From: an uncultured Gemmatimonadota bacterium
GTDB taxonomy: Bacteria; JAAXHH01
Assembly: GCA_951812955.1 (NCBI GenBank)
Contig: OX638340.1
Location: forward strand, 2,240,001-2,304,000
DNA: 64,000 nucleotides
Direction: 5' to 3'
How positions within the stretch are numbered: position 1 is the first letter of the stretch; each line of letters starts with the position of its first letter. Under the pieces are notes generated by a model, which saw nothing but the letters and a program-made list of their open reading frames with translations, was not told the origin of the DNA and did no database searches. Below are positions 1 through 9,095 of this stretch, in pieces. Made by a program: the position numbers and the translations under genes.

Positions 1-74
1 TCCTGCGCCAGACCGTATCCCCGGACGAGATCAACATCCGGCACGTATGGAAGCCCGTCCTGCTGATCGGTCTC

Positions 75-1082
75 ATGGCTCTGGCGGTGGTCTACTGGTC
101 GGCCACGACCTACAGGCACTACCGGGAACGCAGGCGCGCCGGAATCAGCACCACGGAGGGCCGTCCCTTTCTTCGCCGGACCGACCGGATCATCCTCATC
201 GCGCCCGCCCTCGTGCTTTACACGGTGTTCGTGATCATTCCGAGCGCGAAATCGTTCCTCTGGAGCCTGAACGAGTGGGATGGGCTGACTGAAATGCGTT
301 ACACGGGCCTGCTCAACTTCGGCCGCCTGCTCTTCGAAAGCGACGGATTCTGGATCGCGCTGAACAACAACCTGTTCATCATGTTCGTAATCCCGCTGTT
401 CGTCATCCCGATTTCTCTCTTCCTGGCCGTATGCATCAGCCGAGAGATCTGGGGGTCGCGATTCTTTCGCATCGCCTTCTTCTTCCCGAACATTCTCGGT
501 GCCGTGGCCGCCACGCTCCTCTGGATGCACCTCTACAATCCCCAGGGCGGTCCGATAAACACGGCGCTGGTGGGCATCGGGGTGATCCTGTCCGCGGCCG
601 GTCTGGAAACCGCGGGAAGCTGGCTGCAGGCCATGGAAGGATTCGCCTGGCTGTCGCAGTCCAACCTGTACTGGGCGCTGATCCCCATGTCCATCTGGGG
701 CGCGTGCGGGTTCAACATGATCCTCTTCCTGGCCGCCATGGAGAGCATTCCCCAGAGTCTCTACGAAGCGGCGGATATCGACGGCGCATCGTCGTGGCGG
801 CAGTTCTGGACCATCACCCTGCCCCTGATCTGGGAGGTGCTATCCATCTCCATCGTTTTCATGGTCATCGGCGGAATGAAGGTCTTCGAGTCCATATGGC
901 TTTTGACCAACCAGTCGCCGACCACGCAGGTGCACGTCATCGGCACGCTCATGGTGCAGGACATGTTTACCGAGTTCAAGATCGGCGAAGCCACGGCCAT
1001 CGCCGTACTGCTGTTCATCATGGTCTTTTTCGGAACGGCCGCCACGTTGAGACTCATGCGGAGGGAAACGGTGGAATTCTGA
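75..1082 (+). CDS. ABC transporter permease, carbohydrate type (MalF/UgpA-like inner membrane component). The reading frame is open to the window start, so the true start may lie upstream.
   Basis: Multi-TM hydrophobic protein with the EAA loop motif (EAADIDGASSWRQFWTITLPL) typical of binding-protein-dependent permeases. No in-frame stop between position 1 and the ATG at 75. Confidence 0.8.
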   Translation: MALAVVYWSATTYRHYRERRRAGISTTEGRPFLRRTDRIILIAPALVLYTVFVIIPSAKSFLWSLNEWDGLTEMRYTGLLNFGRLLFESDGFWIALNNNLFIMFVIPLFVIPISLFLAVCISREIWGSRFFRIAFFFPNILGAVAATLLWMHLYNPQGGPINTALVGIGVILSAAGLETAGSWLQAMEGFAWLSQSNLYWALIPMSIWGACGFNMILFLAAMESIPQSLYEAADIDGASSWRQFWTITLPLIWEVLSISIVFMVIGGMKVFESIWLLTNQSPTTQVHVIGTLMVQDMFTEFKIGEATAIAVLLFIMVFFGTAATLRLMRRETVEF

Positions 1083-1125
1083 TGAATCGGGCGAGAACGA
1101 AGCAGCGAACGACGGTGAGGAACTG

Positions 1126-2046
1126 ATGACGCGGACGGACGAAATGAAACAAGCTGGAGATAACGGCCGGACGGGCGAAACGAGTCCGAAGGGCGAGATG
1201 CGCCGGACCGCGGCCTGGAATCTGATTGTATACCCGATCCTGCTCGGTTACCTGGTCATCGTGGTCTATCCGATGGCCTGGCTGCTTTACACGTCGCTCA
1301 AGACGGACCGGGAGATCTTCCTTGCGCCCTTCACGCTGCCGGACTGGGCGGACCTGCAATGGATAAACTTTTCGCGGGCATGGACAGTGGGGCAATTCGG
1401 GGATTACTTCCTGAACAGCGCGGTGCTGACGGTCCTGACCGTGATCCTGTCCCTGCTCTTCGCGGCCATGGCGGCCTATGCCCTCTCGCGGTTCCGCTTC
1501 TTCGGCGCGCGACCGTTGTTCTTCTTCTTCCTGGCCGGCCTGATGGTGCCGCTGCAACTGGCCATCGTGCCGCTATTCTTCCAGATGAAGGACCTGATGC
1601 TGCTCAACTCCCGGCTGGGACTGCTGATCGTGTACATCGCCTTTGGCATGCCCTTCGCCATCTTCATCCTGGCGGGGTTCTTCAAATCGCTGCCGTCGGG
1701 CCTTCACGAATCTGCGCTCATGGATGGGGCCGGCGAACTGCGGGCCTTCTGGCACATTATGCTGCCGCTGGCCAAACCCGCCCTGGTCACCGTGGGCATC
1801 TTCGCCTTCCTCGGCACCTGGAACGAGTTCTTCATGGCCTTCATGTTCCTGTCGGGCGAAAATGCCGAAAACCTGCGCACCCTTCCGCTGGGCCTAGCCA
1901 ACATTACCATCGTGAGCCAGTACCGCAGTGACTGGGGCATGGCCTTCGCCGGCCTGGTGCTCATGATGCTGCCCACCATGGTGGTCTATGCCCTGCTACA
2001 GCGGCAGGTGACCCGGGGGATCACGGTGGGGGCGCTAAAGGGGTAA
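1126..2046 (+). CDS. ABC transporter permease, carbohydrate type (MalG/UgpE-like)
   Basis: Six-TM profile and EAA-loop region (ESALMDGAGELRAFWHIMLPLAKPAL). Lies directly downstream of the first permease. Confidence 0.8.
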   Translation: MTRTDEMKQAGDNGRTGETSPKGEMRRTAAWNLIVYPILLGYLVIVVYPMAWLLYTSLKTDREIFLAPFTLPDWADLQWINFSRAWTVGQFGDYFLNSAVLTVLTVILSLLFAAMAAYALSRFRFFGARPLFFFFLAGLMVPLQLAIVPLFFQMKDLMLLNSRLGLLIVYIAFGMPFAIFILAGFFKSLPSGLHESALMDGAGELRAFWHIMLPLAKPALVTVGIFAFLGTWNEFFMAFMFLSGENAENLRTLPLGLANITIVSQYRSDWGMAFAGLVLMMLPTMVVYALLQRQVTRGITVGALKG

Positions 2047-2118
2047 ATTCCAGCGCTTTGTCATCTTAAATCCACAGAATGCACGGAAAGGTACATATTC
2101 ACTCCCGATTCTGTTTAA

Positions 2119-3717
2119 ATGGATCCATCAACGCGTCTGAGGACCAGGGATTGGCAGATCATGCCACACGATTCACAGCCAACAGACACGATCTGGTACT
2201 GCATTCGGCGAAATGGCATCGCGAAAGATGAAGGCTGGATCGGCGATGTCACGCTGGATGACTTGCCGAATCAGGTGGGCGTTGAACCGGGTGATACGTT
2301 CGAAGTTTGTATCGCTTCAGACTTTCAAACTGTACCGCCTGACCAGATATCCAGCTTCTTCTACAACCGGGACCGCGGGATTGTCGGCTTGGAGATGGCT
2401 TACGGTGATGAGACCTTGCGAATCGCGCCTACTCGAATGATCGCAGCGAATCTCGGGTTTGCCCGGGCCATGGAGAGATTCCGTCAACAGTTAAACATAA
2501 GCGCTGACGAATTCGCCACCAACGGCAGGCTGCGTGTTTTTTCCGCCAGGCAGGTCCTGGTACCGGGCGGAAGCATACCTGACCGAATGGAACTACATCG
2601 TGGATCAACACTCGTGACCGAGGCTCCGTCGGATGGCAGGGACCGAGCTGAGGTGCTGGCCTGTGGAATTAGTCGGTGGATGCTTCGAAATATGTCCGAG
2701 GATGGCGCGTTGCCCTACAAATACTGGCCTAGCCGGGGTAAAGAATCTCCGGCCGATAACGCCATTCGCCGGTTTCTTGCATCCCTGGCCCTTGAACGTC
2801 ACGGTAGATATTTCGATGACAAAGAAATTCGTGAGGCGGCCCGGCGCAACCTGGGCTTCAATCTGAAGCGGAATTTCAGGGTCATCGGCGGTGGAATAGG
2901 CGCCATAGTGGAACCAACAGGAGCGAAGCTTGGTGCGGCGGCGCTGGCCGCTTTGTGTATACTGGAGAGCCCGGCATTCAGTGATTTCAAGACCGAGTAC
3001 GACATGCTGACCGCTGGTGTGAACTCACTTGCGGATAAGGAAATGGGATTTCGTACATTCTTCTTTCCACCCGAACGCGACGGAGAAAACTGGAATTTCT
3101 ATTCGGGGGAAGCACTACTGTTCTGGGCCGAGGCCATGCGCCATGGCGCGCCGGGTGCCCCTACGCTGGAACGCTGCGCCGAGACTTTTGATAAGTGCCG
3201 GGAACGGCATTTTCGGGCACGGAACCCCGCTTTCGTTCCGTGGCATATACAGGCCTGCACATCCCTGTTCAAACAAACAAGGCGGCGTGAGTTCGTCGAT
3301 TTTGTGTTTGAGATCAGCGACTGGCTACTACCAATGCAGCAGTGGGACGGAATGTTGCCGGACCTTCGCGGTCGGTTCTACAATCCAAAACGACCGGATT
3401 TTGGACCGCCACACGCGGCTTCCACCGGAGCCTACCTCGAAGGTCTTGCGGACGCCTCGATGTTGGCGCAAATGGTAGGAGACTGTCCCCGTGCCAAAGC
3501 ATACCAACGAGTCGTAAACCGTGGGCTGCGTTCTCTACGTCAACTGCAGTTCCGCGATGCCTGCGACACTTTCTATATTTCAAAGAAACACCGTGTCATG
3601 GGCGCGATCCGTACGGAAGCCTACGACAATTCAGTTCGAGTCGACTCGGCAGCGCACGCCCTGATCGCGGCAGTAAAATGGCTGAAATCAGGACGTACTC
3701 ATTCGGTCGGCGCGTAG
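2119..3717 (+). CDS. Hypothetical 532-aa protein, possibly an all-alpha (alpha/alpha-toroid-like) fold. Function unknown.
   Basis: Long ORF with coding-like composition and no recognisable catalytic motif. It is not LanC-like (no CHG/WCHG zinc motifs). Its 3' end overlaps the 3' end of the convergent AspH-like gene by 19 bp. Confidence 0.5.
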   Translation: MDPSTRLRTRDWQIMPHDSQPTDTIWYCIRRNGIAKDEGWIGDVTLDDLPNQVGVEPGDTFEVCIASDFQTVPPDQISSFFYNRDRGIVGLEMAYGDETLRIAPTRMIAANLGFARAMERFRQQLNISADEFATNGRLRVFSARQVLVPGGSIPDRMELHRGSTLVTEAPSDGRDRAEVLACGISRWMLRNMSEDGALPYKYWPSRGKESPADNAIRRFLASLALERHGRYFDDKEIREAARRNLGFNLKRNFRVIGGGIGAIVEPTGAKLGAAALAALCILESPAFSDFKTEYDMLTAGVNSLADKEMGFRTFFFPPERDGENWNFYSGEALLFWAEAMRHGAPGAPTLERCAETFDKCRERHFRARNPAFVPWHIQACTSLFKQTRRREFVDFVFEISDWLLPMQQWDGMLPDLRGRFYNPKRPDFGPPHAASTGAYLEGLADASMLAQMVGDCPRAKAYQRVVNRGLRSLRQLQFRDACDTFYISKKHRVMGAIRTEAYDNSVRVDSAAHALIAAVKWLKSGRTHSVGA

Positions 3718-4334
3718 ATGTAGTGCCCGCGTCCTTTCTCCGGCAGCACGTCGAAAATCAAGTGCACCCGTGGTTCGTTTGTCGGGTTTCTCGCTTCGTG
3801 CAGCGCCTTGTTGTCGAACACCCACAGCTCGCCTTCCCGCATCACTATGGTTTCACCTTCTGCGGTCATTGGACTCCCCTCCGGGCTCCTCAGCACAAGG
3901 TGGTATCGATCACGTATTCGGTAGTAAGCGCCGGCGTCGGTATGAGGTCGAACCCACCCCTGAGGTTGCAAGGATACCAGTGTAGCGCGTCCAAGTACAC
4001 CCCGATGAAGCGTGGCGATCTCTTTACAGAACGCCAGCGTTCGGGGGAATTTTCTAGCAGTAGCAGTAGTGCGACTGTCATGGACGTCGTTGGCGTTTTT
4101 CGCTCCTGGAGGCAGTGGTTTTTTAGCGGTACGCAGAAAGATATTTTGGGTGTCGCGTTGACAACGAACCTTGCGTTGCCGACTGGTATCGGCGAGCCAA
4201 AGATCTGGTACTGTGTCCAATTCCAGCATTAGCGGTTCAATATCGATGCCCGTCGCGATCCGGGTGAAACGCTTACCTGCCGGTGACACATCATTTGATT
4301 CTTTACCGGGAATCACATCGGTCTTGTGTATCAC
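3699..4334 (-). CDS. Aspartyl/asparaginyl beta-hydroxylase family Fe(II)/2-oxoglutarate oxygenase (AspH/LpxO/CinX-like)
   Basis: Strong similarity to the AspH catalytic core: GWVRPHTDAG..YHLVL aligns with the human THVWPHTGPTN..MHLGLVI, and GELWVFDNKALHEARN..RVHLIFDV aligns with GKVLIFDDSFEHEVWQ..RLIFIVDV. Both His ligands and the 2OG-binding Arg region are conserved. Confidence 0.85.
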   Translation of the reverse strand: MIHKTDVIPGKESNDVSPAGKRFTRIATGIDIEPLMLELDTVPDLWLADTSRQRKVRCQRDTQNIFLRTAKKPLPPGAKNANDVHDSRTTATARKFPRTLAFCKEIATLHRGVLGRATLVSLQPQGWVRPHTDAGAYYRIRDRYHLVLRSPEGSPMTAEGETIVMREGELWVFDNKALHEARNPTNEPRVHLIFDVLPEKGRGHYIYAPTE

Positions 4335-4469
4335 AAACGACCACCCTTACCGCCATATGCCAATGGGATTGATCAGCACCATCTCAGTATTCAACACAAG
4401 TAGTTACGTATGCTGGAGCCAGCTCAACAGGCCAGAAAGTACACGTTCGGTTAATCGAACAGCCATGAA

Positions 4470-5483
4470 TCAGTCGTCATCGTCGTCATCTTTATCATCG
4501 TCGTCATCGTCATCGTCGTCATCGTCGTCATCATCATCGCCGTCGCCATCCCCGTCACCATCCCCGTCGCCATCGCCATCGCCATCGCCGTCACCATCGC
4601 CGTCGCCATCCCCGTCTCCATCACCATCACCGTCGCCATCTCCATCACCATCGCCGTCACCGTCGCCATCCCCATCGCCGTCCCCATCTCCATCGCCGTC
4701 GCCGTTACCTCCAGAGTTCCCACTGGGCGGTGGACTTAACTCTTCATCGCCGTCGCCATCCCCATCGCCGTCTCCATCACCACTGGGCGGTGGACTTAAC
4801 ACTTCGTCACCGTCGCCATCCCCGTCGCCATCCCCGTCTCCATCACCGTCGCCATCCCCGTCTCCATCACCGTCGCCATCGCCATCCCCATCGCCATCGC
4901 CATCACCGTCGCCATCGCCATCCCCATCGCCATCGCCGTCACCATCCCCATCACCATCACCGTCGCCATCACCGTCGCCATCCCCGTCCCCATCTCCGTC
5001 GCCATCCCCGGCCCCGTCCCCATCGCCATCGCCGTCACCATCGCCGTCGCCATCCCCGTCTCCATCACCGTCCCCATCACCGTCGCCATCCCCGTCCCCA
5101 TCACCATCACCGTCACCATCGCCGTCACCGTCACCATCGCCGTCCCCATCGCCACCATTTGAACTTGTGGTATTTGTTACCACACTTGCGTTGTCCTCGT
5201 TATTGCTACCTGCATCCCCGTTCCCATCCCCATTTCCGTTCCTATCTCCATTTCCGTCACCATCTCCATCTCCATCGCCATCTCCGTCCCCGTCGCCGTC
5301 CCCATCGCCGCTGCCACCCGGACTCTGAGCACTCCCCACCTGATTCGCACTCGTGGCGAATCCAGACCCTGATCCCATGGGGTTCAGATCGTTGTCCCCT
5401 CTGCAACCCAGGATCATGAGCAACGAAGCGACAGTCAGTTGCATTCTTCGCAACCATTGCATAATGGTTCGGCACAAGGCCAT
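4470..5483 (-). CDS. Lipoprotein made almost entirely of Gly-Asp dipeptide repeats (about 125 GD units), with two short EVLSPPPSG/EELSPPPSG spacers and a C-terminal poly-Asp tail (D15-K-D6)
   Basis: Minus-strand frame has an N-terminal signal peptide with RR n-region and lipobox (..ASLLMILGC). The (GD)n tract is uninterrupted, 337 aa and in frame. The other frames of the same DNA give SP-repeat or HR-rich shadow ORFs without start context. It is on the same strand as the AspH-like gene, 135 bp upstream of it. Confidence 0.6.
   Translation of the reverse strand: MALCRTIMQWLRRMQLTVASLLMILGCRGDNDLNPMGSGSGFATSANQVGSAQSPGGSGDGDGDGDGDGDGDGDGDGNGDRNGNGDGNGDAGSNNEDNASVVTNTTSSNGGDGDGDGDGDGDGDGDGDGDGDGDGDGDGDGDGDGDGDGDGDGDGDGAGDGDGDGDGDGDGDGDGDGDGDGDGDGDGDGDGDGDGDGDGDGDGDGDGDGDGDGDGDGDGDGDGDGDEVLSPPPSGDGDGDGDGDGDEELSPPPSGNSGGNGDGDGDGDGDGDGDGDGDGDGDGDGDGDGDGDGDGDGDGDGDGDGDGDGDGDGDGDDDDDDDDDDDDDDDKDDDDDD
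4473..5320. repeat. Roughly 830-bp period-6 (hexanucleotide, GTCGCC/GTCACC/ATCGCC variants) tandem repeat tract, with an embedded 60-bp direct duplication (cactgggcggtggacttaac twice) and a 3' GAT/GAC homocodon run
   Basis: Read directly from the sequence between 4473 and 5320. The period is a multiple of 3, so slippage would preserve reading frame. Confidence 0.9.
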
Positions 5484-5817
5484 GGCACGCTACCTATTTG
5501 CCGGTTTGGAAATACAGTACAGGAGTGTTATTTGATTGTAATACGGAGCACACACAATCATGAGGAACCCTACCTTTGCCGTGACAGGCTATAGGGAACG
5601 TCACGGCAGACACAGATAGTAGGTAACGTTGTGTACCCTAAATAAAACCGGATTCCAGCTTGGATGTCAATGATTTAGACTTCAAGGTGATCACAAGACC
5701 TTTACATGACACAGTAATCCGTCCACTTTCGCCATTTCGATTCCTATCACAGCAACTAGGAATACGGCACCGCGGCGACAGTCCTGGCCTTGCATACACG
5801 GGTATATCAATCAGGTA

Positions 5818-6177
5818 CTAAGGCTTGTCGATCCAGACCGGATCCGGCGTGATGCTCGTCTCTGGCGGCGGCCCGGTATCGGTCCATTCTTCCTCGTTCT
5901 CGAGGAGGAATCCGGGTTCGACCGACATGTCGTGATCGCAGATGATCTGGCAGGACAACCGTACCTCGCCGACCAGCCCTTTCTCGGAAAGTACCGCGTG
6001 CTCGGCCTCGGTCATCGTGTCCGGCTCGCCCTCACTGATGGTCACCCGGCAGGTTGTGCACTTGGCGTTCCCACCGCACCGGTGGCCGATGTTCACCCCG
6101 GTGCCCTCGATAGCCAGTACCAGACGCTGCCCGGAATCGACTTCGTTCTCCACTCCGTTGACGGTAAGTTTCGGCAT
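5818..6177 (-). CDS. [2Fe-2S] ferredoxin, adrenodoxin/putidaredoxin type
   Basis: C-x5-C-x2-C ... C cluster ligands (HRCGGNAKCTTCRV ... LSCQIIC). 119 aa, the typical size for this family. Confidence 0.75.
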   Translation of the reverse strand: MPKLTVNGVENEVDSGQRLVLAIEGTGVNIGHRCGGNAKCTTCRVTISEGEPDTMTEAEHAVLSEKGLVGEVRLSCQIICDHDMSVEPGFLLENEEEWTDTGPPPETSITPDPVWIDKP

Positions 6178-6274
6178 GATTCCCTGCTCCTTTCGCGTGT
6201 GTGCTAAACCAGTCTCAAGTGGGTTGTGACTCCATCTCGATCGAATTCAGTACAAGTATCTCCGTTTGCTACGA

Positions 6275-7066
6275 TTAAATAACGTGACCCAGCCGGTCCC
6301 GAGTATGTTCCAGGTCCACCCAGCGATGCGGTCCGTCGGTTACAGCGTAGCACACCTCGTAGACCGGATTCTCCGTGGCCTGCAGGGCCAGTTCGATGAT
6401 CCGCGTGATGTCCGCCTGGCTGCACCAGACCGATCGCAGGAAGGGTTCTGTTGCCTCGTTCTCCTTGTTGACCCATCCGATGCGAAGGCAGACGACGGAA
6501 AAATCGTGGGCATCATGGTAGGTGCGGCAGATCCCCTCGCCCCAGATCTTGCTGGCGGAATAGGGTTCCGTGGGCCGCGGCGGATCGGTGACCTTGACGA
6601 TAGGCATGGGATCGGGCAGCCCCTCCAGACGGCCCTTCAGTAGCGACACGTACGGTTCGTCAAATTGACCGTATCCCCAACTCGCCATGACGGAACTCGC
6701 GTAGATCATTCGCCTGATGCCCTGTTCCCGGCAGACCTCCAGCACGTTGTAGGTACCCCGGATGTTGGCGTCCAGAATGGTCTCGAAGGACGCGCCCGGA
6801 TCGGGGACGGCGCCGAGATGGACCACGGCGTCCATGCCCTCGAGAGCCCTGGACACGGCATCGCGATCGGTCAGATCGGCCAGTGAGAATCGATCTTCCG
6901 GGATGCGCAGGAGATCCTCGTCGTCGATGCGGTCCGACGACACGGTCCGGCGGCCGCTGCCGTAGGCTTCGTACTCATCCTTTCCGCTCAGATACCTGTA
7001 GGTCAGGTTGCCGATCAGTCCGTACGCTCCTGTTACGTGGACCTTCAAGGGTGTTCCTTCGCTCAT
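6275..7066 (-). CDS. NAD(P)-dependent epimerase/dehydratase family protein (short SDR-like)
   Basis: N-terminal Rossmann motif VTGAYGLIG, 263 aa. Confidence 0.75.
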   Translation of the reverse strand: MSEGTPLKVHVTGAYGLIGNLTYRYLSGKDEYEAYGSGRRTVSSDRIDDEDLLRIPEDRFSLADLTDRDAVSRALEGMDAVVHLGAVPDPGASFETILDANIRGTYNVLEVCREQGIRRMIYASSVMASWGYGQFDEPYVSLLKGRLEGLPDPMPIVKVTDPPRPTEPYSASKIWGEGICRTYHDAHDFSVVCLRIGWVNKENEATEPFLRSVWCSQADITRIIELALQATENPVYEVCYAVTDGPHRWVDLEHTRDRLGHVI

Positions 7067-7194
7067 CGATTCCTCCAGTTTAACTTCGGCAGATTGGTCG
7101 TACTACTTCTCCAACATACGATTACGCAAAAGTCGAATCATGCCTGCTTAAGATGTCTCGCTCTTCAGTCAGTGAATTTCGGTAATGGCCCTGC

Positions 7195-8826
7195 TCAGGC
7201 CTCGTCCATGAAAGGATAGCGCCAGTCCGTCGGCGGGACCATAGTTTCCTTGATCGTCCGGGCGCTCATCCACCGCAGCAGGTTCATCGGACTGCCCGCC
7301 TTGTCGTTCGTTCCGGACGCCCGGGCGCCACCGAAGGGCTGCTGTCCGACGACGGCCCCGGTGGGCTTGTCGTTGACGTAGAAATTACCGGCCGAGTTGC
7401 GGAGCGCATCCGATATGCGGACGATGGCTTCGCGGTCCTGCGCGAAGACGGAGCCGGTCAGGGCGTAGGGTGACGTGCCGTCGCAAAGCGTAAGCGTATC
7501 TTCCAACTGGTCGTCTTCGTAAACGTAGATCGTGAGCACGGGACCGAAGATTTCTTCTTCCATGGTTTTGAAACGCGGGTTCGTCGTCACGATTGTCGTC
7601 GGTTCGACGAACCAGCCTCGCTCGCGGTCGCAAACGCCGCCCGTGATGATCTCGGCGTCATCCGCCGAACGGGCGTATTCGATGTGACCGGCGATGTTTT
7701 CGAAGGAGGCCTCGTCGATCACGGCCGCCATGAAGTTGGTGAAGTCTTCGGGATCTCCCATCTTGATCTGCGAAGCTTCCGCCGTGAACCGATCCCTGAA
7801 TGCCGGCCACAGGGAACGGGGAATGTACATCCGGGAGGCCGCGGAACACTTCTGCCCCTGGTATTCGAAGGCGCCGCGTACCGCCGCCGCGACGAGGGCT
7901 TCCACGTCCGCTGAGGCGTGGACGAAGATGAAGTCCTTCCCTCCCGTCTCGCCCACGATGCGAGGGTAGTGCCTCATGCGCTCAAGGTTGCCCGCCACCG
8001 TGCGGTACATCCGCTGAAAGGTCTCTGTCGAACCGGTGAAATGGATCCCTGCCAGATCCGGGCTGTTCAGCACCGGATCGCCCACTTCGGCCCCGGATCC
8101 CGGGATGAAGTTAATCACGCCGGGGGGCAAACCGGCTTCTTGCAGCAGCCGCATGACGTGCCACGCCGAATAAACGGCCGAGGATGCCGGCTTCCAGAGG
8201 ACCGAGCAGCCGGTCAGCGCCGGCGCCGTGGGCAGGTTGCCGCCGATGGCCGTGAAATTGAACGGGGTTACGGCAAAGACGAACCCCTCGAGGGCCCGGT
8301 ACTCCAGTCGGTTCCACACCCCGACAGAGGATGCCGGCTGGTCGCTCATGAGCTGCGCGAGGTAGCTGACGTTGAATCGCCAGAAATCGATCAGTTCGCA
8401 GGCCGAATCGATCTCGGCCTGGTAGATCGTCTTGGACTGGCCCAGCATGGTGGCGGCGTTGACCGTCTGGCGCCAGGGACCGGCCAGCAAGTCCGCCGCT
8501 TTCGCTATAACCGACGCCCGGTGCTCCCAGGGCATATCCGCCCACGCGGCGCGGGCTTCCAGGGCCGCATCGATCGCCATACGGACCTCGACCGCTCCCG
8601 CTTTGTGATAGACGCCGAGATCGACTGTGTGATCGTGAGGCGCCCGTAGCGGTGCCGTGTTACCCGTCTTCACTTCGCGCCCGCCGATGATCAGTGGGAC
8701 CTCGACAGGCGAGGATTTCAACTCACCGAGCTTCGCCTTGACGGCGGCTCGTTCGGCCGATCCGGGCGCGTAGTCCAGTACCGGCTCGTTGTAGGGCTGA
8801 GGCGGGTTGAAGCGTGCGTTGGCCAT
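7195..8826 (-). CDS. pruA: L-glutamate gamma-semialdehyde (1-pyrroline-5-carboxylate) dehydrogenase, aldehyde dehydrogenase superfamily
   Basis: Start chosen at MANARFNPPQPYNEPVLDYAPGSAER (ATG at 8826). The ORF track extends a further 44 codons to 8958 in an Arg-rich extension. The ALDH catalytic Cys region FEYQGQKCSAASR is present. Confidence 0.85.
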   Translation of the reverse strand: MANARFNPPQPYNEPVLDYAPGSAERAAVKAKLGELKSSPVEVPLIIGGREVKTGNTAPLRAPHDHTVDLGVYHKAGAVEVRMAIDAALEARAAWADMPWEHRASVIAKAADLLAGPWRQTVNAATMLGQSKTIYQAEIDSACELIDFWRFNVSYLAQLMSDQPASSVGVWNRLEYRALEGFVFAVTPFNFTAIGGNLPTAPALTGCSVLWKPASSAVYSAWHVMRLLQEAGLPPGVINFIPGSGAEVGDPVLNSPDLAGIHFTGSTETFQRMYRTVAGNLERMRHYPRIVGETGGKDFIFVHASADVEALVAAAVRGAFEYQGQKCSAASRMYIPRSLWPAFRDRFTAEASQIKMGDPEDFTNFMAAVIDEASFENIAGHIEYARSADDAEIITGGVCDRERGWFVEPTTIVTTNPRFKTMEEEIFGPVLTIYVYEDDQLEDTLTLCDGTSPYALTGSVFAQDREAIVRISDALRNSAGNFYVNDKPTGAVVGQQPFGGARASGTNDKAGSPMNLLRWMSARTIKETMVPPTDWRYPFMDEA

Positions 8827-9095
8827 GATCCATATGTACCCGCCGCGGGGCCGATGTGTCAACTGTTTTGTAGGCCTTCCATGCGGCTGGAGGATCGGCG
8901 AATCAACGGCCGTTGGACGAGCGGACAGACGGCGGACAGACACTGCCGGACGGGCCATTTTAGCCTTGCCAGATCCTGCGGGGAAATGAGATATTGAGGT
9001 TATAGGCCAAAGCCAGACACGCGAATCATAAGAGCAGGATCAACCAGGTTCGCGGCAGCCCAGGAATTGCAGCCGCCCGGACCGGAGGTACGGTC

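Noticed and set aside
4171-5328. 385-aa plus-strand ORF encoding (Ser-Pro)n, and other long ORFs across the same repeat (4730-5419 HR-rich, 4451-4723 and 4796-5158 MAT-rich)
   Set aside because: These are shadow frames of the hexanucleotide repeat. They lack a signal or start context. Only the minus-strand GD frame has a signal peptide and lipobox and sits in an operon-like position with the AspH gene.
7195-8958. N-terminal 44-codon extension of the P5C dehydrogenase ORF
   Set aside because: The extension is Arg/Pro-rich and non-conserved. The protein family begins at MANARFNPPQ, and an ATG is present there (8826).
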